Positions 1-8,441 of a DNA stretch of 60,688 nucleotides are shown piece after piece; the first letter of the stretch is position 1, and each line of letters starts with the position of its first letter. The notes under the pieces were generated by a model. The model was not told the DNA's origin, did not search any database, and worked only from the letters and a program-made list of their open reading frames with translations. This DNA is from a virus (Duplodnaviria > Caudoviricetes): IMG/VR virus record IMGVR_UViG_3300013006_000036, positions 1 through 60,688 of that record; one strand, given 5' to 3'. The position numbers and the translations under genes are program-made.

Positions 1-1840
1 CAAGTTCTCTAATACGAGCAAGTTCTGCAATCTGCGGATCTTGCTGTTGTGGAGCCATTCTTTCTACCATTTTGCGAGCAACCATTTCTGCCTGTTCGCC
101 AAACTTCTTGCCTACCATAATAGCAACGCCTTCTGGGCCTTTAGGGAATGTGCCTGATTCACGATCATAAAATGTATGAACAAATTCTGCAAGTTCTTGA
201 ACATTAAGCTGTTGGCTCTCCATTCCTAGTTCTTTCTTTTTACGTGCTAGACCTGCGGAACTAGTTGGCGATTTTGTTTTTTCGTCATCTATATCCTTGG
301 TACTAACTTTCCAGTCATCTCCGCCTTTGGCTTTTCTCATAAAAGCAGGAACATCGCTTTTATTTGGTCCATCGGCTTCTTCTTGTGGTGCTTCTGGCGC
401 TGTTATATCACCCCCTTGGTCAGTCGCCGGCGCTTCACCTTCTGGTTCAACAAAATCACCAAAGTCTAGTTGTTCTAGCGTATCTGGTGCATTTTGTTCT
501 AACCATTCTTTTACTAGACCTCTTGTATCTAGTTCAGAATCTTGTTTTGATTGTTCTTTAATTGATTGAAATAATTGTGGATCTTCAATTATACCTTTTA
601 GGCTTTCGATAGCATTTGTACCATCTACACCTGCTGGAAATGCTTGGCCTACTAGCTCTTGTAATTCTTTTATGGCTGCGTATTTTTCTTCTTGGTCTTC
701 GCTGGAAATGGCTGAAGCCTCACCTAGCCCCATTGCCCAAGTTTCAAATTTAGCAAATGGATCGTTGTAATTTACAGCAACCTCGTTTTCTACTACGTCT
801 GGTTGCGTCATTTCGACTATGTCGTCATAGCCTATTTCGTTTTCTTTCATTATTCTATACAGAACAGGAAATACTGATTTGATATCTTCTTTGAAATTTC
901 TTACTGTAAATTGATCTGTGTACTGTTCTACTACATCTTGCGGAATCTCTACGGGTTCCATTGCCTGGAAATTTTCTTTGTATGCCTCATAATGACTTTG
1001 TTTGGCCAGTGCTTTGATTTGTTCTCTTAGACCATTTAAATACTGAGATGATCTTTCTACAATAGAATTGTTTATTGAATTCATTAGGTCATTGCGTACA
1101 ACATAACTTTCAAAACTTTTTAGTTGCGCAATTTCTTCACTCATACCTACAATACTTTTTCCAAGTTCATCATAAGGTAATCCACCATTGGCTACGTGAC
1201 GTTGCATAGCACGAGCACCAGCTAGGTGAATAAAGGGATACTTGAATCTCTCACCGTCTTGATTTTCCACAAACAATGCACCAATGTTTCTTGTTCTGCT
1301 ACCTGGGGCAGTGTCGTCCATGACTGCTTTGCTGTGTTTGATGATTAGACGTGTATCCATCAATTTTTGGAAGCTGACGTTCTTGCTACCATACATTGCG
1401 CTTTCGCTCATAATTGATTCTCCAACAGTGGTGTTAATTGTATTTGGTTGTGATTTTTTTGGTGTGTTGTATTGACTTAAAAACGCAAAGTCTCTACGAT
1501 CTAGATTGTCTTTGGCAATATCTCTAGTATCAAAACTCATTAATCTTCTTTTGGCAAACAATCGTAATTCTTTTAGAAATCCATACCAGCCTTCCTTCTG
1601 TAAGGTATCCATGCTTTCTGTAATACCTGTAGAGAAATATACTTTAATAGAATTATTTTCAGCAAGGCTGATACTTACATGACCAATGGCTGCTTCACCG
1701 TCTTTATAATCAAAATCAAAGAATCTTGCTTCTTCAGGATTGATAGTGATAGCACCTGTGTCGTTACCTAATTTTAGGCCAGAAAATCTACTACGGATTT
1801 TGTAGAATAGATCAGTGGCAATGTTGTTTGTTGCATCCAT
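1..1840 (-). CDS. Conserved phage hypothetical protein (>613 aa, 3' end outside window), possibly head-associated
   Basis: Absent from the ORF track because the stop lies outside the window. ATG at 1840 reads MDATNNIATDLFYKIRSRFSGLKLGND...; the same frame reads ...DPQIAELARIREL at the window edge. TAAATA lies 5 nt upstream. Confidence 0.8.
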   Translation of the reverse strand, partial: MDATNNIATDLFYKIRSRFSGLKLGNDTGAITINPEEARFFDFDYKDGEAAIGHVSISLAENNSIKVYFSTGITESMDTLQKEGWYGFLKELRLFAKRRLMSFDTRDIAKDNLDRRDFAFLSQYNTPKKSQPNTINTTVGESIMSESAMYGSKNVSFQKLMDTRLIIKHSKAVMDDTAPGSRTRNIGALFVENQDGERFKYPFIHLAGARAMQRHVANGGLPYDELGKSIVGMSEEIAQLKSFESYVVRNDLMNSINNSIVERSSQYLNGLREQIKALAKQSHYEAYKENFQAMEPVEIPQDVVEQYTDQFTVRNFKEDIKSVFPVLYRIMKENEIGYDDIVEMTQPDVVENEVAVNYNDPFAKFETWAMGLGEASAISSEDQEEKYAAIKELQELVGQAFPAGVDGTNAIESLKGIIEDPQLFQSIKEQSKQDSELDTRGLVKEWLEQNAPDTLEQLDFGDFVEPEGEAPATDQGGDITAPEAPQEEADGPNKSDVPAFMRKAKGGDDWKVSTKDIDDEKTKSPTSSAGLARKKKELGMESQQLNVQELAEFVHTFYDRESGTFPKGPEGVAIMVGKKFGEQAEMVARKMVERMAPQQQDPQIAELARIREL

Positions 1841-1851
1841 AGTTATATTTA

Positions 1852-3441
1852 TCAATAACCGCTGCTGACAAAGATCGGCATTGGCATTTGATCTTCTGTG
1901 AGTTTTTCAGTCATTTTTTCGTAGATCTTAGGATCCCAATCGCTAAGAATAGTGGCCATACGCAGTATCAATAATGTTGCACTCACAAGATCGTCGTGTT
2001 CTCCGGTCTTGGCTCCAAATCCTACTCCGTGAGCTACAAAAGTTTTTAATTCAGAAATCAAAGGCTTGCTGTTGATCTTCATCTTTTGTGTTTCTAGCAT
2101 ATGTTTGAGCTGACTGCAGGTGGTTATTTTTGTACGGTGTGTGGTGTTGAATCCCTTGCGGAATTTACGAACGTGACCTTTGCGTATGGGTTCACTTAGA
2201 AACAGTCCAGGAAAGTTTTCTTCGCCTATATTATTAATCACAATTAATGCAGCTTCACCTAGGGTATTATTTTCTACACTGTAGTAGATCTGCGAACTTG
2301 CGCCACCTAGTTCTGTGCTTCTGTCTTGAATGTATTTGCAGACTTCTCTTAGATGTTTTACTTGAGTCTGTATAGGAGTTAGATTGTGACGCCATTCAGC
2401 CACCTGAATCATACTAGGCATTTCAAACACCTGGATGGCAGCATAGTCTCCACCAGTGCCAAGGCTGGGATCCAATGACACTAGATAGGTGCATCTAGCA
2501 TCGATTTCTTTATACCAACGTGTTTGACCCATGGTCATTATGGGGTCAATGCCTTTGAGTTCTGCAAGTTTAACAGAATTAATTAGTGTTTCATCGAAGA
2601 TTAAAAATTCGCAATCAAATTCTCTACGAAATCTTTCGTCGCCTATTTTGGCTCTTTCTGTTTGAGCCCATGCTTCGTCGCGATCAGGGTGTTCATTCCA
2701 GTGTGCAAAAAAGCTGTGAAATCCGTTTTTTCCCAATTCAGTTTCATTGCCAAATTCATCAAAACGGTTTTGAGCTTCTGTCCAAATAAGTGCAAACTGA
2801 TCTTCGTCTGAGTTTGGAGTTGATGTAATAATACATTTACCGCCTGTAGACAAAGTGGGTGATAATGCAGTCCAAAACTCTTTGGCTTTCTCTGGTGGTT
2901 GCACAAATGCAAACTCATCGCAATAGATCAATGAAAGAGACTTACCACGACCTGTATTTTCTGTTGTAGTTACTGCCTGTATACGAGCACCGTTGTCATA
3001 TTCGATGGTATTTCTATTATATGAATAAACGCCAGCACGAATAAAATCAGGAAGATTTTCATAACCAAATCGATATCTATTCATGATATCTTGCGCACCT
3101 TCATACTTGTGAGCCGCAATCAACACCTGTGCTTCCGGCACAAACTGTGTATACCATAGTAAGTATCCCGTGGCGCATGTGGTCTTGCCCATCTGACGAG
3201 GTAACATACCAATAGACTGTTTGTAGTTGTGGTATGATTGAATCAATCGTTCTTGATACTCGTATGGTACAAAGGGAATTGATCCACGAACAGGATGCTG
3301 AATCTTTAAAAAGTTTTTACAAAAATATAACGGACCGTCAACAGGATCCATACAGGCTTCTAGATGCTTGACTTCCTCTAACGTATATCGCTGAGGTGCG
3401 TGTGCTTTCTTAATTAAATTACCGTCTAGTGATTTTGCCAT
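1852..3441 (-). CDS. terL: Terminase large subunit (T4 gp17-like)
   Basis: Walker A PRQMGKTT, Walker B LIYCDEFAF, coupling motif ITSTPN, RNase-H-like nuclease motifs LDPSLGTGGDY and HDDLV. Confidence 0.96.
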   Translation of the reverse strand: MAKSLDGNLIKKAHAPQRYTLEEVKHLEACMDPVDGPLYFCKNFLKIQHPVRGSIPFVPYEYQERLIQSYHNYKQSIGMLPRQMGKTTCATGYLLWYTQFVPEAQVLIAAHKYEGAQDIMNRYRFGYENLPDFIRAGVYSYNRNTIEYDNGARIQAVTTTENTGRGKSLSLIYCDEFAFVQPPEKAKEFWTALSPTLSTGGKCIITSTPNSDEDQFALIWTEAQNRFDEFGNETELGKNGFHSFFAHWNEHPDRDEAWAQTERAKIGDERFRREFDCEFLIFDETLINSVKLAELKGIDPIMTMGQTRWYKEIDARCTYLVSLDPSLGTGGDYAAIQVFEMPSMIQVAEWRHNLTPIQTQVKHLREVCKYIQDRSTELGGASSQIYYSVENNTLGEAALIVINNIGEENFPGLFLSEPIRKGHVRKFRKGFNTTHRTKITTCSQLKHMLETQKMKINSKPLISELKTFVAHGVGFGAKTGEHDDLVSATLLILRMATILSDWDPKIYEKMTEKLTEDQMPMPIFVSSGY

Positions 3442-3455
3442 ACTGTTATTTACTG

Positions 3456-3483
3456 AAAAAAATAGGCTCCGAAGAGCCTATTT
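3456..3483 (-). terminator. Rho-independent terminator with C(UUCG)G loop
   Basis: Minus strand reads AAATAGGCTC-TTCG-GAGCCTATTT followed by a T run, just downstream of the 3501..3854 gene. Confidence 0.88.
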
Positions 3484-3500
3484 GAGTTTATGTTGTTATA

Positions 3501-3854
3501 TTAAGCAACAGTAATACTTGTTGCTGCTGTAACGGTAGTTCCTGTAACGTCAACATCATTAGGGCCAACTACTGTACCTAGGTTTCTAATCCTAGTTTGA
3601 ATATCTGCTGCTGAAAGACTTAAATCAGTAACAATGTGTATTGTTCCTGCCGATGAATCAGTTACCAAAAACATCAAAGGATTAATTTCTTTAACAATCA
3701 TTTCAACTGTTTCGTCTACAGCATCATCTTCTGCTCTTAGATCTCGTGCGCTTGCTGCTGCATTTTTCACCGTGATTAAAAATGCATTAGCATTTAAATT
3801 ATACAGAGTGGCTACTGTACAATTGAGTCCGTTAGTTCTTGTAAATGATCCCAT
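3501..3854 (-). CDS. Hypothetical protein, probable small virion structural protein (117 aa)
   Basis: ORF with AAGGAG Shine-Dalgarno, Thr/Ala/Val-rich, followed by a strong terminator. Confidence 0.7.
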   Translation of the reverse strand: MGSFTRTNGLNCTVATLYNLNANAFLITVKNAAASARDLRAEDDAVDETVEMIVKEINPLMFLVTDSSAGTIHIVTDLSLSAADIQTRIRNLGTVVGPNDVDVTGTTVTAATSITVA

Positions 3855-3864
3855 TTATATCTCC

Positions 3865-4749
3865 TTAATCTTTTAATCTACCATCAGCTTCGGCTGACTT
3901 TAACATTGCCGCACGATCTGCATAGCTACCACGCTTGACATCTTTAGCGGCTTTCTTCTCACCCGGAGTAGGATTCTTAACGTGCTTTAATGGATCAAAC
4001 TTTTCAGATTTAACTTCTGCTAAACGATCACGTAGTTCATTTCTAATAGAAGTTCTTAAATCAACAGCTTCAACTCGTTGCATAGGGTTGTCACCGCCTG
4101 CTACTTTGGGATATGTGCCTTTAGGGCCATTCATACCACCAGCAAGTTTGTTTACCATATAGTCGATGTCTTTGTATTGTTCATCTGGTTCGTTGGCATA
4201 CTCATTTTTCTTTTCGTCATCGTTTTCTACGTCGTGATCATCCATGTCGTGATCACCATCACCATCTCGATCGCCTCGAACTTTGTCAAGGTCATTGTCA
4301 CCAGGCATATTATCAGAGTCCATATCGCTCGGGCCGCCCATATTATCTGCATCAGGCTCATCGTGTGGTTTGTCCATGTCTAGATTTGGCAGCATCTTTA
4401 AAGGACCGGCATCCAAGTTACCAAGATCACCTATGGCAGATATACTAGGTCCTGGTGGCGTCAACGATGGCATTGCAGTCATAGCAGGCATTGGCATCAT
4501 CTTAGATGGCTGGTTAATCATATCTGGATTAACCTTGGTCATAAGTTTCATCAAACTTTCAATGTTGTCCATGCCTTGTGCATTGAGATTCACGCTCATA
4601 CTAGGATGACTTGGCGGTGGTTGACTAGTCACCGACGGTGGCATACTCATAGGCATAGGTGCATCACCACAGGCTTCTGTGGCAGGCATTGATTGTGTGA
4701 TTGGTTGATCCAAGTCTCTCATCTTGGCTAACAGTTGATTAAAGTCCAT
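3865..4749 (-). CDS. Low-complexity Met/Pro/Asp-rich protein, possible prohead core or internal head protein
   Basis: 294-aa ORF with an M/P-rich N-half and an acidic DRDGDGDHDMDD segment, located in the head/packaging cluster. Function is inferred. Confidence 0.6.
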   Translation of the reverse strand: MDFNQLLAKMRDLDQPITQSMPATEACGDAPMPMSMPPSVTSQPPPSHPSMSVNLNAQGMDNIESLMKLMTKVNPDMINQPSKMMPMPAMTAMPSLTPPGPSISAIGDLGNLDAGPLKMLPNLDMDKPHDEPDADNMGGPSDMDSDNMPGDNDLDKVRGDRDGDGDHDMDDHDVENDDEKKNEYANEPDEQYKDIDYMVNKLAGGMNGPKGTYPKVAGGDNPMQRVEAVDLRTSIRNELRDRLAEVKSEKFDPLKHVKNPTPGEKKAAKDVKRGSYADRAAMLKSAEADGRLKD

Positions 4750-5318
4750 TATTTACTCCCCATTGCGCTTTTAAGGCCTAACTTGTCAGTCTTGCCTTTG
4801 GGCAGCTTGTATTCTGTTGGCCCGGTTTGATCTTTTTTACGTTGTTTTGCAGTTTTTTCAAGGTCTTTTAAAAAACCTTTGTTGAAGTCATCACCAAAAT
4901 AGTCTTTGTGTTTAACATTTGTGTTTTCTTTATAGTTGGAATCTGTTAACAGTGCTTGTCCTGATGGCTCATTATCTAACAGAACTTGATCAGCTTCTGT
5001 TGGTTCACTGCCGCCCCGTACACGAAAGCTAGCCTCGTCGAGTCCCAATGCCTTGACATCATTGGTTATTTCTGGTCCTGTAATAGGATATTCACAAATT
5101 ACTTCGAACACAGTTACTTCACAATTTTTCATTGCAGGAAAGTCTAGGGGCAATGCTTGTATTGGTGTGGTCTTAATTTTTTCTAACTTGATACATTTAC
5201 AGCGATCTAATGCTGTCTTCAAGTTTTCTTGAAAAGCCTCAGGCAATTCTCCGGCCACTTTGACTTTAAAGTTATAGATTTTTTTGCTTTCAGCAAGATA
5301 TTCTGTAAATGGTTTCAT
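4749..5318 (-). CDS. Hypothetical protein, possible internal head protein
   Basis: N-terminus MKPFTEYLAES resembles T4-type capsid-targeting/gp21 cleavage leaders (L-x-E). TAAATA lies 5 nt upstream. Confidence 0.6.
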   Translation of the reverse strand: MKPFTEYLAESKKIYNFKVKVAGELPEAFQENLKTALDRCKCIKLEKIKTTPIQALPLDFPAMKNCEVTVFEVICEYPITGPEITNDVKALGLDEASFRVRGGSEPTEADQVLLDNEPSGQALLTDSNYKENTNVKHKDYFGDDFNKGFLKDLEKTAKQRKKDQTGPTEYKLPKGKTDKLGLKSAMGSK

Positions 5319-5326
5319 GTTAGTAT

Positions 5327-5815
5327 TTATGCTTTTCCGCTTAATTTCTTAATGAGCTCATTGCGATCTGTAATTACGTAACCCTGTCCGTTAATCACGT
5401 CATTTGGATCTTCGTTGTTGTCTTTATCAATCTTGTATTTTTTTAGTTGTAGATCTATTGCTTTTAGCTTTTTGTCTATTTTAGCAGATTTAGCATCGAT
5501 GGCGTTTTTAAGCATTCCGCCTGCCACTTCAAATATGCGCCCACTATAACGTACTTCAACATTCATACCTAGATCCATGAGATCATCGTAGGCCTTTTCA
5601 GCTTTGTTGGCGAGACTATCTAGATCATTGTCATTTAAATCATTTAATTCAACTATTTGTGGTAAACTCTTGGTTATTTGATTCACAGCTTCGATGCTGT
5701 CATCTAGACTTTTTACTTCTATGGCTTTTTCTACTAATTCTTCATTAATAGACTTAGGCACAACATTTATCTGTTTGTCGTCTAAATTAAATAATTCTTC
5801 AAGTTTCTTAGTCAT
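5327..5815 (-). CDS. Probable terminase small subunit (gp16-like)
   Basis: 162-aa helical protein with the segment AYDDLMDLGMNVE..YSGRIFEVA and a C-terminal ITDRNELIKKL, near terL. Confidence 0.55.
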   Translation of the reverse strand: MTKKLEELFNLDDKQINVVPKSINEELVEKAIEVKSLDDSIEAVNQITKSLPQIVELNDLNDNDLDSLANKAEKAYDDLMDLGMNVEVRYSGRIFEVAGGMLKNAIDAKSAKIDKKLKAIDLQLKKYKIDKDNNEDPNDVINGQGYVITDRNELIKKLSGKA

Positions 5816-5826
5816 AGCAATACTTA

Positions 5827-6264
5827 TCAGCGTTTTGAACCTTGATGGAAAATATGTTCCTCGTTGACCACACGAAACTTTATACCTTGCTGCTTACACC
5901 ATTTAGTGGCAGCTTCCCATTTGGCCAAATTCTTTATATACTGTTGTTGATTATAAACACTCTTGCCAACATTGGCCAACAGCGTTTGACTAGCTGGTTT
6001 TACTTCAACCACTTCTGCATGCTTTGCTCCGTTCTTGTCAACGTAGGTAATAAAAAAATCAGGAACATATATGGTATATTTTCCTGTTAGCGGATCTCTG
6101 TAAGGTATTTGTATACTTTCGCTGGCCCATTTTTCTACACCTTGATGTTCATCTAACATTCGCATAAAAACAAATTCCCAACTTGATCTTGCCAATGGTG
6201 TTTTGGTCCCAACATATTTGCTAGGATTTTTCATTTCGAATCTTCCCTGAGCAAATTTGGCCAT
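5827..6264 (-). CDS. gp4: Head completion protein (T4 gp4-like, TnsA-type nuclease fold)
   Basis: GRF..KNPSKY, RSSWE, WASE..IPY, YVPDF, EVKP and NLAKWEAA..WC motifs. Confidence 0.9.
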   Translation of the reverse strand: MAKFAQGRFEMKNPSKYVGTKTPLARSSWEFVFMRMLDEHQGVEKWASESIQIPYRDPLTGKYTIYVPDFFITYVDKNGAKHAEVVEVKPASQTLLANVGKSVYNQQQYIKNLAKWEAATKWCKQQGIKFRVVNEEHIFHQGSKR

Positions 6265-6635
6265 TATGGTAAAATGTTTCTAGTTTGATTTATCTTAATA
6301 ACATTTAGGGCTCTAAATCCTAATGAAGATGTGTTGGGACGATATTTGTTAAGAATCTGTGCAACTACTGCACTAAGTTGTGTACCGTTGAGTTCTTTCA
6401 AGGTGTCTAGTATTTCAAAAACACCAACGCCATCAATTTTGGCCTGACGCAGTATGGTCATTGCCGTGGTCAAGGCAGCTTCTTCTTCAAATCCTCTGCT
6501 TGTAAAAAATCCTATGCTGGCAGCAACTTCATTGGAGCCAAATTCCAAAGGCCGGCGGCCGTAGGTATCAAAAAACAATTTTGTACTTGAAGCACTGTCT
6601 GTTTTTGTAACTGCTGGTAAATTAATTGTGCTCAT
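6264..6635 (-). CDS. Conserved phage hypothetical protein (123 aa)
   Basis: ORF overlapping both neighbours by start/stop coupling. Confidence 0.7.
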   Translation of the reverse strand: MSTINLPAVTKTDSASSTKLFFDTYGRRPLEFGSNEVAASIGFFTSRGFEEEAALTTAMTILRQAKIDGVGVFEILDTLKELNGTQLSAVVAQILNKYRPNTSSLGFRALNVIKINQTRNILP

Positions 6636-7714
6636 GGAAATTCAGTTGGGCTTTCGTTACGACTGCCAGATGATAATGGGAATGTGTTATTGGCTGACTG
6701 TGTCTGCAAAACTTTCCTAGTGGCAGTTGTGGCTGCAATAGATCCTAATGCAGCACCTATTTTAGGAAAACTGGCTCCTACAATTCCGCCAACAGTGTTG
6801 GCCGCCGACAAAATATTTGCAGGATTTCTTAATTCTCCAATAACTCCATCTACTGTGGGGAATTGGCCTCCATTGTTTTTGTAAGTATTGATTTGAGAAA
6901 TTGCTGTGCTTATAAATCCGCCTGGATTTTTTAAAATGTTCTTTTTGGTTACATCACCGAATACAGATTCGATACCACCTAGCACATCTCCAACAGGGCC
7001 GAGGACGTTACCTAATCCCAGTGAACCACCTAACACATTGGGACTTTGTACAACATCGTAAGACAGGCTGGCAAATCCATCAGGCTGTCCATAGGCCACA
7101 CTGCCCGAAAGATATTTTACACCTTCGTACTCGACAGTCATTGTGTTATCCAACGGTTCATTTGATGAATAATCTACCTGTCCGTGAGACCAAGATTTAA
7201 TTCTTGGCGCCAATAGTTCATATCCGTTAAATCTATGTCTGCTTAGAGTATATAAAGATATTTTTCTAAAAAAGTTTGTTGGGGTAGCAAAGCCCATGCC
7301 ATAACTTCCAGAATAATTAAACAGACTCATGGGATGATCGTTTTGACTGTTTCCGCCGTCGCTGGCATAGTGTGCGTAGTAGGCCGAATACATAGAATGC
7401 ATAAGACCAGCATTGTCGTCGTGGAATGACAAATTAAGAGGTTCGTAATTTATTTTCTTATAAACCTGTTTGGTACGATTGTACACATTTTTATTTGCCA
7501 TGTCAAAATTAAATTTAGGCAAATCAGTGGATTTGATTAGTAGGCTAACTTCTCTTTCAGCACCCGAAAATACAGCATAATAAAGAAATTTGGTTCTAGG
7601 GGTTAGACGATAGTTGTTGTCAACAAATATTCGTGTGGCATGCTGAAAATTTCCAACCACACCCTTGGGTCCTCTGAGAGCACTATTTAAAAATCGTGTA
7701 AACTTATTGGCCAT
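6632..7714 (-). CDS. Tail-tube-like baseplate protein (gp54/gp48-like tube initiator or cap)
   Basis: gp19-like motifs DLPKFNF, YNR..VYKKINYEP..LSFHDD and TMTVEYE; adjacent to the tail tube gene. Confidence 0.7.
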   Translation of the reverse strand: MANKFTRFLNSALRGPKGVVGNFQHATRIFVDNNYRLTPRTKFLYYAVFSGAEREVSLLIKSTDLPKFNFDMANKNVYNRTKQVYKKINYEPLNLSFHDDNAGLMHSMYSAYYAHYASDGGNSQNDHPMSLFNYSGSYGMGFATPTNFFRKISLYTLSRHRFNGYELLAPRIKSWSHGQVDYSSNEPLDNTMTVEYEGVKYLSGSVAYGQPDGFASLSYDVVQSPNVLGGSLGLGNVLGPVGDVLGGIESVFGDVTKKNILKNPGGFISTAISQINTYKNNGGQFPTVDGVIGELRNPANILSAANTVGGIVGASFPKIGAALGSIAATTATRKVLQTQSANNTFPLSSGSRNESPTEFP

Positions 7715-7730
7715 ATAATTATTTAGTCAT

Positions 7731-7760
7731 AAAAAAAGCCCGAATAATTCGGGCTTTTTT
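7731..7760 (-). terminator. Rho-independent terminator (potentially bidirectional)
   Basis: AAAAAAAGCCCGAATAATTCGGGCTTTTTT inverted repeat downstream of the tail tube gene. Confidence 0.88.
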
Positions 7761-7775
7761 GTGTTTGGGTATTAA

Positions 7776-8411
7776 TTAAATACCTGAGCTACCTACTGAT
7801 AAAGCACTAGCTGTTGGTCTAGCTGTGCCGGCTGTTCCTATACCAATGACACCAACTGCATCTGGTGTGTGCATTGCATTGTCATAAACAATAGTTAAGG
7901 CCACTGTGGCTGGTTCGTTGGTTGTGTAGTTCAAATCACCGTAGTCCGTGTTTTGCAAGAAACATCCATAGCATTCCCAGGTTTCTAAAACTACTGGAGC
8001 AGCAGCACCGTTGCCACCATCTAGTATTTCAATACGAGTGGTAAACTTGTAATCGATACCAGAACGAGCACTGGCCTGTTCATGGAAATCAAACTGCTTT
8101 TGAATCTGTTGACCAACTAATTTGATAACACTACTGCTGGCATCATCTCTGAGATTCAATGTGATATTTTCCCAGGTGTACTTGCCTGCAATTTTGATTT
8201 TAGAATTGTAAATTTCGATTGGGATTTCTTCAAAAGAAACTTTTGGTCGAGTAACGTCCATGACCTGTTTGGTAAGTTCTGTACTAGACGATGTGCCAAA
8301 ACCTAGTAAAGTAACACGAAAGCGATACTTTAGTTTTGGCATCAACATACCGGTATTTGAACCAGGACCAGATGGGTTAATCGAGTAATTTGTTAATGAT
8401 GTAATTGCCAT
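7776..8411 (-). CDS. gp19: Tail tube protein (T4 gp19-like)
   Basis: PKLKYRFRV, RPKVSFEEI, AGKYTWENITL..RDD and W..YGCFL...YGDLNY motifs; directly downstream of the sheath gene. Confidence 0.9.
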   Translation of the reverse strand: MAITSLTNYSINPSGPGSNTGMLMPKLKYRFRVTLLGFGTSSSTELTKQVMDVTRPKVSFEEIPIEIYNSKIKIAGKYTWENITLNLRDDASSSVIKLVGQQIQKQFDFHEQASARSGIDYKFTTRIEILDGGNGAAAPVVLETWECYGCFLQNTDYGDLNYTTNEPATVALTIVYDNAMHTPDAVGVIGIGTAGTARPTASALSVGSSGI

Positions 8412-8441
8412 TGTCTTATGCTCCGATATTGTATTTATTCA

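Noticed and set aside
297-1475. Short + strand ORFs at 297, 364 and 1284
   Set aside because: They lie antisense to the long minus-strand ORF starting at 1840.
1852-3441. Intein or intron in the terminase
   Set aside because: Continuous 529-aa ORF of normal size with no intein or homing-endonuclease motifs.
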